Below, one piece after another: positions 25,072 to 40,005 of a stretch of 59,892 bases of DNA. The notes under the pieces are model-generated. The model ran no database searches. It worked only from the letters and a program-made list of their open reading frames with translations, and was not told where the DNA came from. How positions within the stretch are numbered: position 1 is the first letter of the stretch; every line of letters begins with the position of its first letter. The translations under genes and the position numbers were made by a program. Origin of the DNA: Gonapodya sp. JEL0774 (Eukaryota); NCBI GenBank assembly GCA_027604505.1, contig JADIIX010000065.1:62001-121892 (forward strand). The letters are read 5' to 3'.

Positions 25072-28000
25072 TTATGAGGTCGGATGTGGGAAAGAGTCAA
25101 CAGGTGCTCCCGCTGTGTGTTTGACAAGTCTCTCCATTCGCAAGCGATCCGTCTTTCGCAAAACCTCTCGCGCAGCCATGAGTTCATCTCGCCGCATTAA
25201 CCATTCACTTTCCACATCTGATATTCGCATGTTAAATCTGGCACCTTCAAGCTCAGCAGCTTGACGGGTACGATTTGACTCCACGGCCCGGCTCAGGAGA
25301 TTAAGATGCTTGGCGGTATTTTGCGCTTGCTGGTCCATAAAGACTCGTCGAGCTGAGAGTGCGGTGATGGTCCGGGTTTAAATCCAGCACAAAAGGGGCT
25401 GGATCAACACCTCACCTTGCGCGATTTCACGCATCGTCCTCACTCGCTCTCCTTTCTCCAACTCATCAAGTTTTCTGATCTTCTCAGCATGTGCCTCTTC
25501 CTCAGCAAGCATCCCTGTCCACCAGTTCTCGAGAGCATCACTCATTCGCCCGTCACCGGACTCCCATTCGCGCTTGTCCCGTCGTAACTCGTCGCCTAGT
25601 CGGGAAACCTCATCTGCGAGCACTCTTGCAGCAAGAAACAACGAATTGTGAGCAATAGTAATTGAAACGCGTATCCAACAGGTAATTCTCACTTGCGCCT
25701 GGTGTACTCTTCCTCCTCCTCCTTAATCTTATCCCTTAATTTCTTTTGATAGTCCACAATAAAGCTGGGGTACTTGTTAAAGAGCGGGTATGAGCCACCG
25801 CGAGCAATCGGGCGGAAAGGATTGAGGTACGTTTTCGGTGCATACTGGATGGCAGTGTTCTCGGCTTGCTCGTACGCATAACGAATTGTGCGCGGGACAT
25901 CGACAGACGTGGGATGTGAGAAGAAATACTGAAAAAATAGAAAATTATTCGATAAGGGACTTGAGAAAGCGTTCTCTCTACCTTCTCACCTCAAAATCTT
26001 CCACTTTACTGAGCGACATGAGCGCACCCTTGCCTGCCCTCAGATACCCAACGACCCACTGCTGCATCCACCCCACCTCGTTAGAGAGTATGTGGTCCCA
26101 AACGGTGAGCCACTCTTCCCTGTACAATACGTCAGAAAAGAGAGTTCTCAGCAACAGCCACGCGTAAGTCTGCGAGGTAATCCGGTTCCGCATAAAATGA
26201 GAGAGAAGTTCACGATCATGAAGTGCCAGAAGGTCTTCGATGACATCGAGGTATTCAAAAGGCGGGTTTGGATAGTAGTCCCACCAATTTTGACACCAGT
26301 TAGCTGTAAGATGTAGAGATACTCAGAACTTGGTGTCTTGGTCCACATAGTATAGCATCTCATTTCATGCAGTCCCATCACGTGCACTCACAAACAATGG
26401 TCATGATCGCCTCGAAACAATCAAATGTGTCGTTCCCAAAAGCCTTAATAAATGGAAAGATCATGCCGGGGAAGTAATCCAAGCTCCCAAAGATAGGCGA
26501 CCAATGACAGAATGCGGACATGAGCCTGCAGAATCGGGGTCACAAGCTGACAGAATTGGGATGCCAAATCTTGAGTCATTGGACCACGCCTCGAGCACTC
26601 ACCGGATCATTGCCCTCTCATTTCGAACACTTTTCATAGGAAATTTTCGTCGGACACTTTCACCAACTGGATGTACACCCCGCTCCAAGAGTGTTGCATA
26701 TGCATCCCGGTTTTCAGGGAGACGTAGTTGGAAACGCCAGATGAGTGTACGATATTTGGACGGGTAAGCGTGATAGTGCCGAAGGAAACGGAGAAGCCGC
26801 CGGCTAGTCAGATGGTGATCGTGGTCCTGTAAATGGAAGAGCATTCATGAATCTATCCGTCACTTTCGGCATGTCAGCTCCACCAAACACCAACAGTCAT
26901 TTCGACCAGCTCATACAATGTCCCAGGAACTTTCACCGGCTCCCTCTGTTGCATTTTTTTTTCACTTGTGAGACCATTTCCGGCACCTTGTCGTGCTGTC
27001 CGAACACCACGCGGGGGAACCTTTGAGGGTGGCCGCCAGGGTGCATTAGTAGACGATCGGGGGCGGATAGAAAGTGACGACTGAACAGCGGGTCGGGGAG
27101 GGTGGAGAGCCGGTGGGTTTGCCGAGAGAGGTCGGGGTCCGGTTTTGACAGCATTTGCAGGGTTGCGAGGACGAGCAGGAGGAGCCGAGACAGGGCGAGA
27201 GGTAGCGAGTTGCGGAGAGGCCGTTCTTCGGAGTGAGGGATGCGCCGGTCGTGCAGGTGAAGGTTGGCGCCGGGCTGGAATCTCGGCCGCTGCCGGTCCA
27301 AGTACTTCCACATACGCGGGCTCCGTGTCGCTCCCAACTTCACGTGGAGTAGCGTTCATCGTGTCCGCTCCCTCTTCTAGCACAATAACTTCCTCTTCCG
27401 CCTCCTCTTCAGGTGGTATTCCCATGTCTCCCGCTAACAACCCTACACCGGCGGCCAATCCCGTCGCCTCTCCTTCTCCTTCCCAACCCATTTCCCTTCC
27501 CGCAGTTTCCCTTACCAACGATTTGTGCACTCCAATACCTCTATTTCCTCTGTCCCTCTCCCATCTACTCCTCTCCTCCTCCTTCTCTTCCCATCGCCTC
27601 CTCTCTCCAAGGGCCTCGTCCTCGACGGACTTCAAGAAAGCCGGCCCAAGCATCCTGGACCCGCCTTGTGTGACTACACCATCGGTGGAAAGAAAAGATA
27701 GCAAGTGATGGGATGGATGGGAAATGGCCGCGAGGAATCGACCGGAAGGACTGAGGGCGATCGAGTGGAACTTTTGTAGAGATTGAGTGGTTTGAGCCTT
27801 TCACAAACCACATGTGTGAGTATTTCCGATCAAACTCACTCTTTCCAACCCTTCAACCTTTCCCACATAACCAGCTCCAACCGCGTCGACAAATACACAA
27901 CGGCCGTCCCCGCTGAGCACCGCGCACACGTCGGTGACGCCGAGGAAGAGTATGTGGGAGACGCCAGAGGAGCCAAGATTCGGCAGCGCAATTTCATGCA

Positions 28001-29570
28001 GAAGGGTGCGAGTTGGGAGGGACCAGACCAGGAGGGAGGTTGTCGGAGCGCTTGGGGGAGAGAGTTGATGCTAAACCGACACAGACCGGATATCACACCA
28101 CGCTGAACTCACCCCTCACCTCTCCTGTACCTCCCGCCCACAACCAGTATTTCCAGGTCTCTGCTCACAGCCAGCGAAGCTGGCGCGTCTGGGTCCCATA
28201 TGGAGACTTTCTCCACTGGTTCCGTCGGCGGTGGTTTCCCCAGACCAGTACCACCACCACCATTCGCGCTTATCTCACCACCAGCTCCCCCATTGTTTGC
28301 AGAACTCGGAACCGCCCGCACTGCACCACGTGGATTCTCTCTCAACTCGATCTTCCACCGCAACTCCATAGTCTCTGCTTCCCACACCATTACCGACCCG
28401 TCTGCAAACAATGCCATGGCGAGCTGTCTTTCTTCTCTGACTTCTTGTGATCCACCTGACGCTCTTTTCCACGCATGCTCACCGAGCGACCCTTCCAGTT
28501 CCTGGCATCTTGGAGCGTATCCAGCCCACACGACCCCTCCAGCTCCCTCTGTGCCTGCCAGCACTCGAACCCTTGTCCACTTGTCCGTGGTCCACAATAC
28601 AGCTTCAGATGGCGATTGAGAGATCAGGAACGGGCGCGTGGGGTGAGGCGAGAGCAGAGTTGGGGGCTGAGTATGATGAGGGGGGAGTTTGGCGAGAAGG
28701 GAAGACGAGTCTTGATTGTGAGTGAGCATGGACGAGAGCAGTCTGAGCACTATGAAAAGCTTGGAGGTCCTTTCCGAACTTGCGGGGACTCACCAATATT
28801 GTAGCACAGTATGGATCTGTCTGCCAGACCCACAAACAGCTCTCGTGAGCGTGTACGTGAAAAAGCGAGCGATGAGACCGAGACACCAGTTCGTGCGAGG
28901 AGGAACCATCTGTATCATCGACAATCACAAACAAGCAAATTTTTACCACCTAACACCAGTGTTTCACAAAGAGTGGATCTAAAAGCGAATGAAAATTGCA
29001 GCTATTTACCGTCCGCGTGAAAAGTCGAAAATGTAAATAAAGCCTCTCTGGTCTCCGAGCGCCATGACGAGAGCATCGAGGTCGTTTCCTACAGGAGGGA
29101 TGAGGCGGGGTCTATTGTTCGCAAAAGGGTCTGCAGGCGGCGGAGGGTAAGGAGTAGAACGCTGGTGGTTTGCTTGCTGATGCGACTTAAGGTCCATCTC
29201 TGGAAAGTACATCGGTGTACCACAATTGAAAGCGATAGAAGAAAAGGGAACTGTGCGTGTTAAATTCAACTGGGACACGTGCGTTCGCGAGTCTGAGAGG
29301 AGTGAAGTCACAGGGGGGGTGGCGGCGTTGGCCACTTTGAGTAAAGAGCTAGAACACATTGATGTTTAACTTATGATCAGCACCGGTCTAGCAGCTACCT
29401 CATCTCCTAATTAATCGCATCAGTAAAACCCACTGGCTCGAGCCCAGCGCTTTCGCCGTCAACGGCTTCTTCCTGTCCGTTGAGTTCCACACTTCCCCTG
29501 AGCGCGCGTCCCCCAAAAACAGACACCGTCGTGGGAGTTGCGGAGCAACGGGCGGGATGCCGCTGGCCAT
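25072..29570 (-). CDS. TBC1D31: TBC1D31/WDR67-like protein (WD40 + Rab-GAP TBC + coiled coil)
   Basis: N-terminal WD-like exons, then YPSKYRTLIWRFQLRLPEN, HWSPIFGSLDYFPGMIFPFIKAF, WWDYYPNPP and YAWLLLRTLFSDVLYREEWLTVWDHILSN, followed by a charged coiled-coil tail. Confidence 0.85.
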
Positions 29571-30215
29571 CTTGGTCCAAATTGTGCGTGAATCGACGGG
29601 CTTCCGGCACAGCTTATCGTACCTTCTGAGTTGTGCACGGCCGAAGCCGCACTCTCGACCGCATCCAGCTTCGTTTCCCTGTAGTCCTCCGTGACTTCGA
29701 CTCCCAGATGGCCTGAACCACATTTCTTTCGATCTGATCCTGAACGAAAATAAGGTAGTTGAGCAAGCTTGCAGCAAGCCTAACAGAATGTCAGGAGTAT
29801 TTTGGGTCACGCAGTTCCCGCCATTTTTAATTTTATTCGTGACGGATTTTGATTTGGTGTCCTTTCTAGTCCTTTCGCTCTTCCCCTTTGTACATGATTG
29901 CGAAGGGACCTGGGTGACAATGCTGTAAACAGCGCGAAGGTGTGGGGAACACTGCCTACGCCTCCAGGTAGCAATTAATTCTGTGACGACCACTTCCCAC
30001 TCTTCCCCCGAATTACACCACCGCAAGCTGTTTACCTCCGAGGTGATATCAATTTGTATCCCATTACATCTCAATCGCAGCAAAGAACCATGAAAGTGAG
30101 CATCGTAGCCGAGAGGGAAGTCAATACACTCAAACTCCTCATATTATAAGTGCACAAGTTCTGGGCATCGGTGGATCAAATGGAGTGATTGATTTCGGAC
30201 TGCCTGATCACCGGC

Positions 30216-31154
30216 ATGAGTGGGCAAGGAAGTCGAAAGTGGGGAGGGAAAGTGGATGCCAGTAAAGCCCCTGTGTGGGCTCGAAGAAGGTCTACAACTG
30301 TCTTTCCAGAGGAAGTTCAGATTGGATCCAGCAGTCATGTGGCCTGGAATCTCGCTGACCTCCTCGTGCGGGAAGAAGATCGCTGCAGTCTTCCAGGAGA
30401 GCGTTCTTATGTTATTCTAAAGCACAATTAAAAATGCCTTTTTTCCCAGGAAAGTGGCATTCTTGTCGGTTCCCATATTTGGGTTGAGTCTCCCAGCATG
30501 ACCACACACCACGGAATTTTTCTGGGCTCAGATCGCGTGGCGACATTTGCCCCAAAAGGCCACAAGCAGAGACCCGCCGGACCAGTTACCATCACGACCC
30601 TTCGCGCGTTCTGTAAACCCTCATCCTCGGGGGAGGCGAACTGCATTACCTACGCGCGACCGAAATTCAAACAGGACCAGATCGTGGCTCGTGCAGAGGC
30701 TCTGGTCGGCAAAAATCTGCGCGAATCGGGCGTTTCGGTGTCAAAGTTTTGCGAGTGGTGTGTAACCGGTGGCTCGTCGGACGCAGTCGATGCTGCCTTG
30801 ACAGGCGTGTTCGTGGCAGGCATGGTTGGCGTGACGGGCGCAACAGCAGTTTTGTTTGGAGCGATTGCGACGTCCACGGTGGAGGAAATGTCATTGAAGA
30901 TTGCGCCAGCTGCCGCGAGTGGGATTGAACTCGTTGTACCAGCCGCCGTGCGCGATCTTGCCTCCAAGGTCGTTTTACCTTCTGGAGTGCAGGATTTTGC
31001 ATCAAAGTTCTCGAATGGTTGGAAAAGAGCCCCTTGGTGGGCAACTCCGGTGGCTGGGTTGTTTGCTGTGGCAGTTGCGGCAGGTGTGGTGACCAAGGTG
31101 GTGCAGGACAGGAAGGCGGTTGTCGATCCATCTGCAGCAACAGCAAACAATTAG
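30216..31154 (+). CDS. LRAT/NC-domain-like (NlpC/P60 permuted) protein with C-terminal hydrophobic segments; catalytic residues look degenerate
   Basis: GSHIWVE...HHGIFLG...IVARAEALVG...FCEWCVTG follows the LRAT pattern; first exon and start uncertain (main exon from ~30450). Confidence 0.65.
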
Positions 31155-31322
31155 ATGAATCAAAGTCATGGGAGGAAGATTACTGTGTGGTAATAGATTC
31201 CATCGAACCTTCGTAATTTATTGACTTGCAAAGAGGTTGATCCGGAAGTAACTGTGGTCGGCCGAATGCCCTGACGGGCCCTCCCTGCTCGAACACCGAA
31301 CTTACTTTGAACGGTCCTTCAC

Positions 31323-33776
<2,454 letters not shown>

Positions 33777-34131
33777 ACTGGGCTCCATGAGCTCTTCTTG
33801 GCTGCTAGGATATTAAATTCTGATACATTTATCTGGTCATGTACTGCGCAACGGCGACTCAAGCGCGTCGGTAACATGAGCACCATTTTTCCATTTCTTG
33901 TTTCTAAAACCTCCACTCAATTTACCATCCCCATCTTTCGACAACCAACGTGGACGTGGAGAAATTATATGAGCCCGATTTGTCCATGCGCAGTTCACCC
34001 GAAATCGGTGCATGATCAAGTTTGTAATCCCTGATCAATCAGAATTATGTGAATCTGCCGGTTGCCAACAAACGCAGTGGAAGCAACTCTTGGTTGGTCA
34101 CCCCGTCCACGTTTATATTTGAATCACCAAG

Positions 34132-36316
<2,185 letters not shown>

Positions 36317-36725
36317 TTGGATTTTTCCGTCTCTGCACTATCTTTGCTTTTGTAATATTTGCAATTAAACATTTTAGCATATCACGTGCACTCCTCAGCC
36401 TATGGGAGGGTGCTCCCAATCGCAAGGCTGGCTGACTGCTCTGTCCTATTCTGTGCTTGTTTACAGAGAGATCATGATTGTAAGAGTCCTTGCCACGAAT
36501 GAAAAGCCCCCCCCGCTCAAGCCTGGTATCTTTCGCTCGACGTACCCATTCCCCTGTCACCTGCGAAGGAAGGCCTGTTTCTCCTGCACGAACAGCCTGT
36601 CAAGATTTGTCCTTCCTCCTTGGGTTCCCTCGTTTGTGGTGCATGGTCGGAGGGCAACAGGTGACCCAAAGACTGTGTCGGCCAAGCCCGTGTCCATCAA
36701 GAGTAGAATGCCCTCTGCCCCCCTA

Positions 36726-37014
36726 TTTTGGTGGTAACGTACCTCAATGTTGGTGGCTCATTCCATTTGGAGTCATGAATCACACACCCAAATGCTCATT
36801 TTGATGCCAGCATGTCGGATCATAAGAAATACAGCGAAACCCTTGGTGCAAAATCTGTCCAGGGCTCTCCATGTCCTGCCTCCATCTCATCACCAAGAAC
36901 CCCTCTGCATATTCTGCCCAGTTTTCAACAAAAGTTCAAAAGTTGAACTGCTCATTTTTGGTAATCTAGATCTAGTCATGGGCAGACCCCAATTCAGGTA
37001 CGTTACCACCAAAT
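36726..37014. mobile_element. Candidate MITE (about 290 bp, 22-bp terminal inverted repeats, possible TA target-site duplication)
   Basis: tttggtggtaacgtacctcaat (36727-36748) versus reverse complement of 36992-37013 (tttggtggtaacgtacctgaat), 21/22 identical; TA at 36724-36725 and 37015-37016; CpG-poor interior; intergenic. Confidence 0.5.
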
Positions 37015-37530
37015 TAGTTTGCATGCACAGAATACCACCATTAATGGAAGCCTTCTACCAAACAAAGATAGCATTCATGAACCCAGCCCCAGTTGGAAAA
37101 AAATTTATTACACAAAATGAAAAGGAGTTCCTACTTCGTCTCTCAATTCTCCAAGGGTAGTTCCCCAAGTCCCTGCGCTGGAAGATCACCGCGTCTATAG
37201 CGACGTTCGAGGAGCTTGGACAAAGAGCCGGTTCGGTCGACGGAGACGGTTCAAGAGTTGTCCTGGTCGGGAGGAGGGGTAACCGGTGGGCGGATGGAAC
37301 GAGTCCGGGGAACGGCCGGTGTCAGAGCGGAGAGCATGTAGATGAGATGTACCAGCACATTTAGAGATTCAGGCTGAATCGGTTCTGAGTTCTATCAGCA
37401 TAACGAAGCGTTGCCTGGTAGAAGAGTACTTGAATTCGAGAGATTCAGCATGGGGTTCCGCCTTCTTTTCCTTTGTCGCCGTCCACGGTATGCAGCTCCC
37501 GCTCATGTGCTCTTTCAATATATAGTGGTC

Positions 37531-39336
37531 ATGTTTAGTTCCTTATACAAGACAGTGTCCCGGCAAAAGCCACGATTTTTGTTCTCTGACTGCGATTCTC
37601 TAATCGGTATCCCCTTGTCTCCCAGTCAAGGAACCTCCCGCGATTGCAGCTGGAGCCCTCCCCCAACCACGATACCTCATTCCCCACCGGATACCCAGGA
37701 GAAACCCGAACTACCTAGCTTCAGTATGCACCGCGCAGCATCCATCCCCACCTCATTCTCGCGTGGATCGGACATGGGGGCAAGACCTGGACCTGGGCAT
37801 GGGAGACGGCTTTCTTTCTTCGAAACGGTTCTGGTATGGGAAACACACGGGAAGGATGACTACGATCGGACGGCCTGCGAGCAATCTGAACTGAAGAGGG
37901 AGGATATAGAGGAAGTGCTCGAAATGGTGAGTGAGTGCCCTGGTGGGGGACTTGAGGTGCGGATGAAGTTTTTTTCCAGGGTAGTTTCCGACTTGGGTCG
38001 GAATCCCGGAGACGACTCCACGGTCTCGGAATGAAATAAAAGCGCATGATGGCGAGTTTTCCTAGGTGATGATGGTCTGAGTCTAATTTCAGGGACCCTG
38101 AATCGAATCGAGAGGTTCCTGGGGTTGGAAGGGTTCAATGTGTCCGTCAAACACCCATCGCGGCTTTTGGAACGATGGAGACCGCGTTCGGAGGTGATGA
38201 ACCTTCTTCATGATTGCTAGCCTGGGCTTTTTGGCGTGCTCTCACGATTTTTCGTCCGTGCCGCCTCTTCAAAGCGGCGTCGCTTTCTCCGAGAAACACC
38301 ACGACCTCCTCCTCTCGCTCCTCCTTTTCCCCGACGACCATCAACATCGTCCATTACATCCCCCACATCTCCGAATCGTCGGTTCTCCACTCTCTCCAAA
38401 CCACCGAAGCGGCACGATCTACCGTCGCCTCCCACCACACCATCCATTTTACCGTCACCTGAACCATCTGATCGAGAGCCATCAAACATCTCGTCAGATT
38501 GGGCAGCTGTTGCCTCTGCGCTTGGCATGATCAGTGGTCCAATCGCAGATCCCTTGGAACGACCTTCGGTACCATTTCAGGCGTCGGTTGCCGCCGGTTT
38601 GGAAGCGAGACTGAGCGCAGGTATTCCTGATCAACAATCGGCATGGGACTCACGACAATTTACTGGCGATCTCGATCCAAAAGTCGATCCGCGAGCTTTG
38701 GGCGCGTTCACAAAACGGCGATTCTCTCATCCGGTTCAAGTGCCAATACCTTTACAGCGCCCTGTCACCAAATCAACACCAGCATACTTTGATGCTACTC
38801 GATATGGACATGAAATCGTTGCTAGGCCTGTACCAGCCCGCCCAGGAGACGGACCGTGTTCGCCCCAACACCTTCTTCAGGACTCATTGTGTCCATCTCC
38901 CTTCCCGAGCCCACCGCATGTTCCTCACGCCTTGCCAACATCCGCGCATCAAAGTGATGTCACAAATTTCCCTAAATCACCCACCACAGGGGGTTCTCGC
39001 CAACTGCCATCACCACCGTTCCCTGTGGAAACTGCAAGTCCCACGGCACCTTCACTCTCCTTGTATTCATTCCCGGAAACACCTCAAGGAAGTCTGGGCA
39101 TCCACTCACCCCTTCCAGCATTTTCGCAAAGATCGCAGACCAGCAATCCTCGGAGCTCTCCCTCTCACGGTGCGAAGCCTCCTCGTCGTTGGAATGTGTC
39201 AGCTCCATCGTGGGAACCTCCGAGTCCTCCATCTTCGCCTGAAATGGGCGAAGCTAATCAAGGCGTGAGTATTGATGAAGGGAACAAGGGAGGTTCTGGG
39301 AATGTGTGGGCATTGGAAGGGCAAGATTTTCGGTAA
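37531..39336 (+). CDS. Pro/Ser-rich protein with a neurabin/Bni4-like PP1-docking motif
   Basis: RRLSFFETVLVWETHGKDDYDR (37804-37869) followed, after an intron, by a 366-aa P/S-rich ORF; start codon and intron boundaries uncertain. Confidence 0.55.
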
Positions 39337-40005
39337 CAAAGCAGTGAGAGCACTCCAATGGTGGTAGAGTCTGATTGAATGTCATATCATGATGGAGACT
39401 CGTGCGGTGACTCCATCATTTAATTGCGGGAACTCGTCCTTTAGAGTGAATGAAGTCTTTTGGTTGTGCATTGTATGATATTATTCTCTAGACATTGAAC
39501 AACGGCACATCTTGTACAGTATTGAAAAATGAACAGCCACTTCCAGGATTCGCAAGAAATGATACTCCAGATTTCAGGACACAGGTGGTATGGCACGAGT
39601 ATTGAGTGCACTGGACAAACCCGGGATTCCTGGTGCCAAGCTCAATATTGGTAACAAACAGCTGTCGAATATAATAGTGGCATGACTTTCTGACATTCTG
39701 CACGACAGAATTGGCATGTTTTGTTTGATACACGAAAGATTCCGCCGGTCTCTCTTTGTAAAATTTATATATTCGATTAAACTAGAAATATGGTTGTTGA
39801 TGAGACGAGCTCGAGCGCAACGCCCGTTGCTGGGACTCGTCTGGGCACAAAGCATTGAAACCATCGAGACCACTAAAACCCATCGCCCGGGATTCCATCG
39901 AACGTTTTCGGATTGAAGCAACAAATAAAATAAATAGAATCGGAGAACTGGTTTACCGAAATTGATTGGAATTGGGAAAGCAAAGGCGTTTTGGACTTGT
40001 TCGCA

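Noticed and set aside
29400..30083. 227-aa minus-strand ORF as a separate gene
   Set aside because: Its 3' part is the first TBC1D31 exon; the upstream extension starts at a non-ATG codon and looks non-coding.
36400..36720. Possible pogo-like DDE remnant (LDGHG / ILLLMD) on the minus strand
   Set aside because: Too short, and no other transposase motifs in frame.
39389..39419. 3'-UTR hairpin starting ATGA as a possible SECIS element
   Set aside because: Lacks the GA quartet partner and apical AA geometry, and no in-frame TGA at a Cys position was found in the gene models.
39700..40005. RFX X-box upstream of IFT81 (also looked upstream of TBC1D31)
   Set aside because: Only partial half-sites; no convincing GTTGCC-N-RGYAAC match.
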